Shown here: piece by piece, positions 27,910 to 39,714 of the stretch
Numbering within the stretch: position 1 is the stretch's first letter
How the letters are laid out: every line of letters starts with the position of its first letter
Source of the DNA: Octopus vulgaris
Taxonomy: Eukaryota
Assembly (NCBI GenBank): GCA_951406725.2
Contig: OX597814.1
Coordinates: 20,026,001 to 20,090,000, forward strand
Length of the DNA: 64,000 bases
Direction of reading: 5' to 3'
The notes under the pieces: generated by a model
What the model was told of the DNA's origin: nothing
What the model saw: only the letters and a program-made list of their open reading frames with translations
The model's database searches: none
Program-made: the position numbers and the translations under genes

Positions 27910-29880
27910 CGAAAATATTCACCGAAATTTTTACCCAAAAATTTATTGATCATTTTTGCCGAAAATTTTGCACAAAAATTTAGCATAAATTTTCACCTAA
28001 AATTTTGCTTAAAAATTTCAATCGAAAATAATACCTAAAAATTTTGCGAAAATTTTCACTGAAAATTTTGCCATACTTTGTGATTTTGGCACCGCTCGCT
28101 TTCTATACTTTGATTTTGGCACCGCTGGCCTTCCATACTTTGTGATATTGGCACCGCTGGCCTTCCATACTTTGTGATTTTGACACCGCTGGCCTTCCAT
28201 AATTTTTCCAAAATTTTCACCGAAAATTTTACCCAAATATTTTTCGAAAATTTTCCTCAAAAATTTTTCCAAAATTTTCATCGTAAATTTTCACCGAAAA
28301 TTTTACCCAAATATTTTTCCAAAATTTTTACCGAAAATTTTCAACGAAAATTTTCCCCAAAAATTTTTCCAAAATTTTCACCGAAAATTTTCTCCAAAAA
28401 TTTTTCAAAAATTTTCACCGAAAATTTTCCCCAAAGCTTTTTCCAAAATTTTCACTGAATATTTTCCACGAAAATTTTCCCCAAACATTTTTCCAAAATT
28501 TTCACCGAAAATTTTATCCAAAAATTTTTCCAAAATTTACACCGAAAATTTTGCCCAAAAATTTTTCGAAAATATCCACCGAAAACTTTACCCAAAAATT
28601 TTTTGAAAATTTTCACTGAAAATTTTACCAAAAAATCTTTCCAAAATTTTAACATAAAATTTTCTCCAAAAATTTTTCCAAAATTTTCACCGGAAATTTT
28701 CGACAATTTTCACTGAAAATTTTACCAAAAAATTTTTCCAAAATTTTCGAAAATTTTCACTGAAAATTTTACCAAAAAATTTTTCCAAAATTATCACCGA
28801 AAATTTTGTCCAAAAATTTTTCCAAAATTTTCCCCAAAAAATACTTTGATTTTTCGAAAAATTTTGCCATACTTTGTGATTTTGGCACCGCTCGCTTTCC
28901 ATACTTTGTGATTTTAGCACCGCTGGCTTTCAATACTTTGTGATTTTGCCACTGCTAGCTTTTCCCCAAAAATTTTTCGAAAATTTTCCCCAAAAATTTT
29001 TCGAAAATTTTGCCCAAAAATTTTTCGAAAATATCCGCCGAAAATTTTACCAAAAAGTCTTTGCAAAATTTTCACAGAAAATTTTCTCCAAAAATTTTTG
29101 CAAAATTTTCACGGGAAATTTTCGAAAATTTTCACTGAAAATTTTACCAAAAAATTTTTCCAAAATTTTCACCGAAAATTTTGTCCAAAAATTTTTCGAA
29201 AATTTTCACCAAAAAATACTTTGTGATTTTTCGAAAAATTTTGCCATACTTTGTAATTTTGGCACCGCTGGCCTTCCATACTTTGTGATTTTAGCACCGC
29301 TGGCCTTCCATACTTTGTGATTTTGGCACCGCTGGCCTTCCATACCTTTTCAAAATTTTTCACCGAAAATTTTACCCTAAAAATTTTTCCAAAATTTTCA
29401 CTGAAAAGTTTACCCAAAAATTTTTCCAAATTTTCACCGAAAGTTTTCTCCAAAAATTTTTCCTAAATTTTGAACGAAAATTTTGTCAAAAAATTTTTCG
29501 AAAATTTTCACCGAAAACTTTGCCCAAAAATTTTTCGAAAATTTTCCCAAAAAATACTTTGTGATTTTTCGAAAAATTTTGCCATACTTTGTGATTTTGG
29601 CACCGCTCGCTTTCCATACTTTGATTTTGGCACCGCTGGCCTTCCATACTTTGTGATTTTGGCACCGCTGGCCTTCCATACTTTGTGATTTTGGCACCAC
29701 TGGCCTTCCATACTTTTTCCAAAATTTTCACCGAATATTTTACCCAAAAATTTTTGGAAAATTTTCCCAAAAATTTTTTGGAAAATTTTTACTGAAAATT
29801 TTACCCAAAAATTTTGGGAAAATTTTCACCGAAAATTTTGCACGAAAATTTTTGGAAAATTTTCACCGCAAATTTTTCCC

Positions 29881-30539
29881 AGCCGGAACGAGAAACAGAG
29901 TCACTCCGACTACGGGAAACAGAGCCACTGCGACTACGACTGCGAGGTCGGTGCCCGATTGCACGGCACAGATCATCGATTCGCTGCGTAAGCTAATCGA
30001 TCTTCTCAGCTAATGAATTGTTCGTCGGAGGGGGCTCTGTACATGCGTACAGGCACCGTGATGGAGATGGTTCCCGATAACTCTAATATTTTGTCGGCTA
30101 TCGTGGCAATCTGGTCTACAGACACAGACTCCAGTGCCGTGGCCAATATTGTCTGCACGTGGGCAGGTAGCCTGGAAAAGAATATCTTCCGTAAGAGTGG
30201 CGCGTCCGCTGCATTGCCGCTAAGCTCCCTTAGGTGGAGCAGGAACTGGGATGGAGTCCTGTCCCCCAACTGCTCGTCGGCCATCAGCTCATTGAACTGA
30301 CTCTCCTCCGACCGCGTGTTGCGGCGGAGGATTTTGGCCTTTACTGATGCGTATGTGGCGTCAGGGTGGGGACTCATTATGAGATCCCTGACCGATGTGG
30401 CGAGTCGGCAAGGCAAACTCGAGTATAGTAGATGTAACTGCTGCTGTGGAGGAACGGCATGTGCGGCAAAATGGGACTCCACCTGGGCAAGCCACAGACC
30501 CGCATCCCCTGTGAATGAAGGCAAACCTGATGCAGCCAT
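29881..30539 (-). mobile_element. Gypsy/Ty3 LTR retrotransposon gag fragment
   Basis: LPSF...LWLAQVESHF...YASVKAKIL...LGDRTPSQFL...IFFSRLP. After a frameshift an SR-rich segment (RPRSRSRSGSVSRSRS) is cut off by satellite at 29880. Confidence 0.85.
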
Positions 30540-30909
30540 GTTTGTCCGAAGAATCGTCTGTCAGAAAGGGGCAGAAGGTATGAACGAGAAATGGAGAACA
30601 CGTGGAACCGACAAAGCAAATCAAAATCGTTTTTTGTGTACTGGTGTGAGTGTGAGTGCACCTCGTGGGTAGTAAAAAATAAGTGTGTGTGTGCACAAAG
30701 GAAAACAAAGGTACAGAAAAGAAAAAAAATAATGTGTGCGTGTTTTTTTTCTTTTTCTTTTTCAGTGTACTGAGTGCGATGAATAAAGCTTTTGTTTGTA
30801 CCCACCTCGCCGTCCTGAAAGGAAAAGAAAAATGAAAAATGAAAACTGAGTGTTCAGTGCTCTATCTGGCAAAACCTGTTTGCTGCGTCCTCTGTTCTTT
30901 TTTTTTTTT

Positions 30910-30921
30910 TCGGGGTCACCA
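30910..30921 (-). promoter_or_regulatory. Primer-binding site complementary to the tRNA-Trp 3' end
   Basis: Minus strand TGGTGACCCCGA begins 2 nt after the LTR end. Confidence 0.8.
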
Positions 30922-30923
30922 AT

Positions 30924-31325
30924 TGTAACAGGATCTGGAATCGGTATCACTGAAGGGGTGTCGATCCGATCCCGTCACATACAATTTAGTTAGATATAAC
31001 AGACGAAGTCAGGTTATCAGTGAAAGACAGCAGTTTGTTTATTAATCATGATGGTGTACGTATCTCTGAAGGGAAAACGACAGCCGAATCTGTTGTACAG
31101 CTTCTTGTTCGTTGGTTGAAGTGGTTCGATGTCGTCCGCGGCTAAGTCGGTGTAGTTATCAGAGACTACCAAAATGCACGTCTGTTAACGATGGCTGAAA
31201 CGGTCAGAGAGGATGAATGAGTGAGTGTGCCTTAGGGGGTCAGTTTCCCGCACATGCGCATGGGGAAGACTTCCGGTGGCCACCCGGAAGTAGTCCCATT
31301 CTGCGCATGCGCGCTGAACCTTACA
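30924..31325 (-). mobile_element. 5' LTR (402 bp)
   Basis: TGTAA...TTACA termini, minus-strand AATAAA at 31038-31043, adjacent PBS and gag. Confidence 0.85.
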
Positions 31326-32149
31326 CTGTAGCATCACTACAGTGTTATTATAAATATTTACCAAATTTTTATCCAGTCACAATTATGTTTATCAACAACT
31401 AATCTTTCTATGAAAATGTTGGTGTGAATACGCATGCGACAGGACCGTACACAGAAATTTTGTTTCAGAAAAGTACATCTTACATACCTTGCTGTCAGTT
31501 CATTGGATTAATCCCAACAAAATACTACAAGTTTAATCACTGGCTCAGCACCTGTGTTTGTGTTCTTGATTCCAAAATAATAAAAACTTCCAAAATGGAA
31601 CTTTGTCCATGTGTATCCACATGCGTATATGTGCCTGTGTCTGTGTTGGTTGTGGTTGGGGGTCGGTTTAGTGCGCGAGAAAAGCATTTATGGAAATGTA
31701 CTGATAAAAATTCTATTAAAATAAGTTATCTTTATATGCCATGTTTGCAATTCTTTATATAAATGATAGCAAAGTGTGTATAAAATGAAATTAAAATTCT
31801 GGTTCAATAACAGATTGATCAGGTTAGTAAAGTTTTAACGTTTTTGGTAACAACATATTCTCTCTTCTAGTTAAATATTGAAAAAGAAAGGAAATGCCAC
31901 CCACTGTTTTGCAAGAGAAATTAAATATTGGCGGTAAGGACTAAACCCCTTGTTTCATTACCACAATTAAAAAGCGTTTATCTTTACTTTAAAAAAAAAA
32001 AGGTGGGGTCGTATACGTATGACGGAGAATTATTCAATATTGTGTTTGTTTCTACCAGAATCATTAACCTTAAACCGACGAAACAAAACTGGTGCATACG
32101 ACAGGTATATAAAACATATTTCTGTTTATTTTCTCTGTTCATTCGCATA

Positions 32150-32545
32150 AGGCGCAGGAGTGGCTGTGTGGTAAGTAGCTTGTTCACCAACCACATGGTT
32201 CCGGGTTCAGTCCCACTGCGCGGCACCTTGGGCAAGTGTCTTCTACTAGAGCCTCAGGCCGACCAAAGCCTTGTGAATGGATTTGGTTGACGGAAACTGA
32301 AAGAAGCCCGTCGTATATATGTATATATATGTATGTGCATGTATGTTTGTGTGTCTGTGTTTGTCCCCCTAGCATTGCTTGACAACCGATGCTAGTGTGT
32401 TTATGTCCCCGTCACTTAGCAGTTCAGCAAAAAAGACCGATAGAATAAGTACTGGGCTTACAAAGAATAAGTCCCGGGGTCGAGTTGCTCGATTAAAGGC
32501 GGTGCTCCAGCATGGCCGCAGTTAAAATGACTGAAACATGTAAAA
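32150..32545 (+). mobile_element. tRNA-derived SINE, family B (copies 40973-41305 minus, 56692-57460 plus, 57810-58200 minus, partial ~37140-37290)
   Basis: Head ggagtggctgtgtggtaag...ggttcagtccc, caccttgggcaag core, internal (TA/TG)n, 3' end atgactgaaac. Confidence 0.85.
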
Positions 32546-32559
32546 AAAAAAAAATAAGC

Positions 32560-33076
32560 AGTAAAAATTTTTGCACACACACACACACTCAAACAGAAAT
32601 TTCCCAGACATTTAGCTGTTATTTTTAGCAGTTCATTTTCAGTTGTAAACAACAGGATGGGGTGGCGAGGGGTGTATGGATCAATTTTAGAGTTCTTCAT
32701 AGAAAACTTGAAATTAAAATTTTTTTTCCATATCCTTAATCTCCGTATTCTCCCACATAGATTGAAAAATTTTTTTTTTAAGTGAAAAATTAAAAATTTT
32801 GGGGGAGGGGGGAATTTCAAATTTTGTAAACATGTTTATTTTGCATATTCAGAATCTCAGTCATTGAAAGCATAGAAATCCGCTGAAAAAAATCAAAAGG
32901 GTCGTATAGGGTGGGGGGAGCTACAGCCCCCTATATGGCCAAAGGCCATAATTTGGTCCCCAAGAACATTCCTCAAGTAATGAAAAACCTTCATGCCGAA
33001 TTTAGTATAGATTGATCCAGCAGTTTGGCCATGCATAGAGGACACACACACATACAGTGAATTTTATATGTATAGA
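32560..33076 (-). mobile_element. Helitron-like fragment (5' end visible)
   Basis: Minus strand begins ATCTATACATATAAAA...(GT)n like the other Helitrons here; 3' CTAG not found. Confidence 0.4.
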
Positions 33077-34307
33077 TGGTTATGAAAATTTTAGAAACAT
33101 TTAATTTTATTTAGAAAAAGTGATTGTATCTTTCTAACAATTCAGTAATTAGCTCATGAACTTTACACAACATCAAAGAAAGTGACATTATTTGAATTGC
33201 TTATTGATTTGCTCTTGGGAATCTTCAGGTGATTTTAGACCAACAAACAAGTATGTTAGAAAAGTTAAGTTGACCAGCTCACCAAGCTACATAGTGAAGC
33301 AAGACATATGCATAGACATACACAAATATGTGCACATGCATGTACTTACACATCCTCATATATTTATAGTTTCCAAATATATGCATACATTATAAATCAT
33401 ATATGCATAACTTATACACCATAGAGTTATATAATGTGCAGGCTGCTGAGAAGACAAAGAGATTTATTTCTGAAGTTAAGTTACATAATTTTGTGGTCAA
33501 CATGCTATTAGTATTGTTATTACTACTGTGAAGGCGCATGGCTCAGTGGTTAGAGCATGGAGCTTACAATCGCGAGGTTGTGGGTTTGATTCCTGGACCA
33601 GGCTGCGTGTTGTGTTCTTGAGCCAGATACTTTATTTTGCGTTGCTCCAGTTGACTCAGCTATAGAAATGAGTTGTGACATCACTGGTGCCAAGCTGTAT
33701 TGGCCTTTGCCTTTCCCTTGGATAATATCAGTGGTGTGAAGAGGGGAGGCTGGTATGCATGGGCAACTGCTAGCCTTCCACAAACAACCTTGTCTGAACT
33801 TGTGGCTCAGAGGGTAACTTTCTAGGTGCAATCCCATGGTCATTCATGACCGAAGGGGGTCTCCTTCTCCTCACTACTTAAGTACAGTAGAGAGTGCTGA
33901 TTATATGTAGAATTAGCAGAGTTCTTTAAACTATTTATTATTTCATATGATGCACTATGACTAATAATAGTAATAACCATATGATTATTAAAGCCACTGG
34001 AATAAGGATAGTTTTAGATAGTTGCATAATCTTCCTTTACATGAAAGTTAGTGCAATTGTGAGGACGGAAGTTGATAGAGGTATTGGAGACCAAACAGGA
34101 GAATTTGAAGGCATAATGAAAGGACTGTATGGAAGAGAGGAAGGAATCAAAAGATGAATGAATCGGTGATGGTGTAGGGGTAGTGGTGGGTACCAATGAA
34201 GATAGTGGTGTTGGAGAGGTAAGGTCAGGTGTACGTAGTAGTGTGGCGAAAGCAAGGGAAGGAGCCAGGTTGGGTGCAAGGAGTGGGGAAGAAACTAGGG
34301 ACCAGAA

Positions 34308-36482
34308 GGTGTCAGGTTACACATGAATTTGCCTAGGGTTGCATATCAGTAGCCAATGGTTTGAAAATCATTAACAGGGTGTGCCTTTTGTGGCAACAAT
34401 AAGAGTTCTGTTAAAGAAATATAACTCGAACTGAATATATTGGGTGATACCTTCTTATGTTTGTTCACCCATTTCCAGATATCTACACACACACACATGT
34501 ATGTGTTGTGTGTATATATATCATGCATACACATACATATTTCCTTTCGCAGACTCTCGGCTTACATCTTTTATTTGCTCTTCTCCTCTCTAAAGCATTC
34601 CATTCCATTTTGCCGCCGTAATTTTCCTTAGATCAACTTCTACCAGTCATTTACGACTGCTTTAACTTATATGGCATCCATTAACTATTTCCACATTACT
34701 TGATGTAGAAACAAAAGCCTTTCTTTTTTCCCTACGATAATATTTGTGCCATTTAATCTTTCCTGTCAACAGAAAGCATTTTTGAGTAAAGTTGAAAACA
34801 TATTCTCAAATCATATTTTCTATAAATTCATTTTAGTTGTTAAGATGTATGTTATGTTACTGTATCTACAAGATCCAATAAAAAACATCAGGACTGGTGC
34901 TATAAAAAGAAAACTACAGCACATATCAATTTGGTATTTAATCTCTTTGGAAATAGTGCCATTATGTAGCCACACACTTTATCAAATGTCATTTCAATTG
35001 GTGAAATAATTTTTGAGTGAGTAGCTGTCTCATACAATTAAAGAGATCCTGTTCAGCTGAAACCTGATCTTTTTGAGATGACCAGGCACTAAGAATGAAT
35101 ATTCCAATAATGAGACCAGTACTTGACTGCTAATCTGTTTCATAGACTTTGTAAAGGTGAAAGATATTGTTGAACCTGTGTGTATCATATTTAATGTAAA
35201 TACATAAAAAAAGTAAATTTACTGCAGTATTTATCTAAAGATAATATTTCATATGGACAAGCTGCATTTAAAAATACAATATATATTAAAGACAGATGAA
35301 AATTGTTCTAGCAGCAGCTGGTGAGTATGCTAGATGCATTTCTCTCTTGTTGAGCATTGTCAATGGCACCTATTCAAATCCACAAATTTCATAAGGTTGG
35401 CTCTGATTACATGCTATTGATAGTATCCAACAAGACATGAATGCATCTAGCATTCTCATCAACCACTGTTAGGATGATTTTTTTTCTGCCTCTGATAAAT
35501 ATTGCATATTGAAACACAGCATATCCAGTTGAGGTATTATCTCTGGCTGAACACTGCAGGAAATTTGCCTTTTGCAATGTATTTATATTACATATAATAC
35601 ATAGATTGATATATATATATGTTTGTTTATATCTTGCTTAATTTTTGCAAATTTTTTTTTATATGGAAATGTTAATTTGTAAATATTAAATAAAGCCCCA
35701 TCACTAGAATTTCAGTAAGACAACAAAAATTTAAAGGTATATAAAGATTTCTTCATCGATTCTTGTTCTCCTTATAGGCAGAACTTTCAGAGTACACATT
35801 AGATAACTCTTTACTCCTTGAGAATGCCAATTCTATTAGATTATTACTTAGACATTTAGTAGCATAACTACACACATGCACATGTTGTATGTATTTATGT
35901 ATATGTATATGGTATAGTGCTTGTTAACTTTTCAAAAGACTTGTAATACTACAGTTATTGAATCAATGTAATTCTGTAATCAAAATCCAAGATTAAGTTA
36001 CCAGAGGTTAATAACAGGGCTCAAGAATTTTCAATGTCTACATTTAAAGCAAAGCTGATAAAAGACAGATGTAATTAACACACATAATGGTTAAATATTT
36101 ACTGAAATACTTTATTAATATAAACTGTAATGAAACATACAAGCAAGCATTGATTTCACTTTATTGAACCAGTAAATGTTTACAGGCAACAATATATTAT
36201 TAAAATAAAATTGCTAAGAAAAGATATTTGAAAAGGTATAATATTTTTTTTGTAAATGTATGACAAATACAAGTTGATAATATTGATTTAGATTAATGCT
36301 GGTTTATAATCTTTAATTGAATAGATATGACCATAATCCTGCACAATTACAACAACTATAATGACTTAAGTTACTCTACTAAAAAATATTCTAAATAAAT
36401 TTGCTCACTTACATTATCTACATAATGCAATGTAATATTCCATAAGAGGAAAATCTTTGACAAGGTAATATCATCTTATATT
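34308..36482 (-). repeat. Inverted duplicate of the serpin 3' flank (partner 44322-46899)
   Basis: Reverse complement matches 44322-46899 throughout, except for the 392-bp Helitron. Confidence 0.95.
35185..35595. mobile_element. Old fold-back MITE inside the duplicated flank (partner ~45598-46012)
   Basis: Imperfect arms, e.g. gagtatgctagatgcatt / aatgcatctagcattctc and aaatttactgcagt / actgcaggaaattt. Confidence 0.6.
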
Positions 36483-36780
36483 TCAGATATTGAAAATATA
36501 GATTTTATAAAAAATGCAGAAAAAAACCAGAATTATTATTAATGATTGGGTTAAGAATAAAACAAATGATAAAATTACTGATTTGTTACCTAGTGGAAGT
36601 TTGACAAATCATACGGTACTACTTCTTATTAATGCTGTGTACTTTAAAGGAATATGGGCTGAAAAATTCCCAAAAAAAGCAACATACTCTAAACAGTTTT
36701 ATTTAAGTCCATACAAGACTGTATCTCATGATTTTATGTATATATCTGAATATTTTAATACAAAAGTAAGCAAGAACTAT
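36481..36780 (+). pseudogene. Serpin pseudogene fragment (copy of 43535-43833)
   Basis: TRIIINDWVKNKTNDKITDLL...LLINAVYFKGIW is nearly identical to the intact gene; 1-bp frameshift at the start; truncated at both ends. Confidence 0.93.
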
Positions 36781-37479
36781 TAGCTATTAAATGTGAGGTT
36801 AATTGTCCAAAAGATTATAATCTTATCTGAATTACATTCATCTTCGGTAAAGGTGGTTGTCTTTGAATAGAGAAGCTCAAGTATTATAAAGAACAGGAGT
36901 TCGAGAAGCTATTATTTTTGTTGGATGCAAAGAAAGGACTTTACCAAACTGGGCAAGACAGACTATACCAAGACAGACTATATGAATGAAACATGTATGA
37001 AAAATATGATGCTACAGGATGCACAGACATGGAAACAAAGTGTAGAACTATAGTATATAAGAGAAATGGAATGCGATTCTTTTTACATCCATTGTCATGT
37101 GGTGCAGGAAGTGGAGGGACAAATGCAACCAGACGTGCACGTGCACACACACATACACACACACACATACACACACAGATGAAGGGCTTCTTTCAGTTTC
37201 TGTCTACGAAATCCACTCACAAGGCTTTGGTTAGCCTGCACCAAATGGTTGGGAAGTAAACTTCTTAGCAGACAGCCATACCTGCACCTATTTAGTGGAT
37301 GTGTAATACATTCTAATGACAACCATTTTTTCCCTTCAAATTGGTTGTGGTTTGTTTGTACACATGATGACTGAATTTTGCAATTTAGGCAAAATCTCAT
37401 GAAATGACTTTTTCTTAATTGTATTATATAATGCATTGGGCAAAGATTTGAACCTTGATGTAACCAACAAAACAGTTAG

Positions 37480-37970
37480 CATAGATAGGGGGCCCACCCT
37501 TGTTGCCATAACAACTCTAGCAAGCAATGAGGCAGCAGTGTGAGGAAGTGAGTAGCCACAAGTGCAATTGTAGCCGTGGCCAGTGCTGATGTCATATAAC
37601 TGGCACCCATGCTGGTGACATGTAACAAGTACATTTTGAGTATTGGGCCTCATGGAGACAAGATGGCTGATGCCAGTGGCATGTGAAAAGCATCTTCTGA
37701 GTGTTGGGCCTCACAGAAGCAATGACAAATGACTGAGATCTTTGGTATTATGCTGTGCTTGAGTAGAATACCCATCAAGCCAAGTGAAATTGTAGTCATG
37801 GCAGATACTAGTGTCATGCAACTGGGACCCATGCTGGTGACATGTAAAAGCACCTATTACACTCTCAGAGTGGTTGGCATTAAGAAGGACATCCAGCCAT
37901 AGAAAATATGTCAAATCAGACTTGAGCCTGGTACAGCTTCCTGTTTGCCAGCCCTGGTCAATCCATCCTT
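37480..37970 (+). mobile_element. Degenerate RTE-family 3' UTR fragment
   Basis: gagtggttggcattaagaaggacatccagcc...tcagacttgagcctggtacagc is similar to 53260-53330. Confidence 0.6.
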
Positions 37971-37971
37971 T

Positions 37972-39240
37972 TTGAAAATGAAATCCAAGCCTACTTGAAG
38001 GCTTGGATTTCCTTTTCAAACAAGGACAAAGGTTCACAATTAAAACTAGTTTCACTTGTTCCTCTGAGAACCTAATTTATGTAATAACGTGCTCGGGTTG
38101 CAGACACAACTTTATTGGACAAACAAGTATGACCTTGAGAAAGGGAACCACTCTACATAAAGAGCAAATCCGTTTCCCACAATTCAGGCAAATTCCTCTC
38201 AGTGAACAAATAGAAAAATGTGCGGATAACATCAAACCAAATTTCATAGTCTTCACCTTCTACCAGTGCAAAGACACAATTTCTCCACAAGAACGTTTAA
38301 ATAAAGAAACTTTTTTCATTGAAAAATACAGAACATGTCTTAATATGCATGCATAACCAACTTTTATCGTTTTACATATTTCAATTCACAATTATATCAC
38401 TGTACATAAATCCCCTCACTAAACAAGGTTTTCAAAACTTGCTTTTGTCTGTACATATATATATATATTCCCCTCCCATTACCGAAAGCTGAACAGTTAT
38501 CTCCCTTACCCACAACAATAACAATAATATTGATAACCAATTGCCTCCCCTCATTTATCTACTTGTGCAGCCATTCACTCGTGAATATCATCACACACAA
38601 CATGGACAAAATTTCTTCTTAAGAAGAAATACATATTCAAATAAGTAAAACATAATATCATGAATAGCGAAACCAGTCGATATATTAAAAATTATATTAA
38701 AACTATGTAAAGAGTGCGTATTTTCCTTTTTTAATTTCTTATATATATATATGGGTACAAGGGCAGCACCAGTCATTGCGAACCTAACAATGGGCTACCT
38801 GGAAATAGTTATATACCAGGAATCTTTATCGACCTTTGGAAACCCCCTTTCTCAATACATAAAAGAGAATTGGAAAAGATTCCTGGACGACTGTTTTATA
38901 CTCTGGAATGAAAACACAGATAAACTCCTAAAATTCAAAAACCTATTGAACAGCATCAACCCAAATATACAGTTCACAATGGAGTACAACCAAAAGGAGC
39001 TTCCATTCTTAGATATACTGATTAAGAAAATTAACCTAACAATAGAAACAGACATATTTTACAAAGCCACAGACGCCAAACAATACCTACTTTTTGATTC
39101 ATGCCACCCAAGACACACTAAAACAACCATCCCTTTCAACCTTGCAAAAAGGATATGCACAATAGTGTCAGAACAAAATACCAGGAACTTTAGACTACAA
39201 GAACTCAAAAACACCCTAATTGACAGACACTACCCAGTTC
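37972..39240 (+). mobile_element. Penelope-like element fragments: GIY-YIG (38003-38356), then RT (38751-39240)
   Basis: NLIYVITCSGC...FIGQT...L..R (GIY-YIG); MGTRAAPVIANL, RFLDDCF, LPFLDI, FYKATD..YL.FDSCHP (PLE RT). Confidence 0.88.
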
Positions 39241-39544
39241 GACGCACATACACATTTTGTGTATGTTTCGTTAACGAACTCTGTCAAAACATTGGCTTTC
39301 TGACTCGCTTCTTATATACTTGGTTTCCATATTTGTTGACGAACAAAGCACATTGTCAATGGTGTAATATGTACTTTATTCCTAGAAATTCAATCTGATC
39401 TATACATTCTATACGATGAGGTACTCTCCTACTTCATTGTTACTACAAGTGGATGAGTAATTTCTATAATGACACATACCAGTACATAAATTACTACCAA
39501 CAATTAAACAGTTCTAATACTTTACTCTGCATGGTCACCATACA

Positions 39545-39714
<170 letters not shown>

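Larger units (their letters stand above)
20750..29880. repeat. ~9-kb composite satellite (A/T-tract monomers + 32-bp units + Rep-like cassettes)
   Basis: No unique sequence. Higher-order similarity between 22200-22830 and 25560-26200, and among 9360-9750, 24900-25190, 26290-26600 and 27710-28070. Confidence 0.92.

Noticed and set aside
32150-32225. tRNA genes at SINE heads (also 33528, 6470-6546)
   Set aside because: A/B boxes are present but there is no complete cloverleaf, and each continues into a SINE body.
34308-36780. Processed (twin-primed) serpin retrocopy
   Set aside because: The topology fits, but no poly(A/T) tail or TSD is visible at 34308, so it is not called as such.
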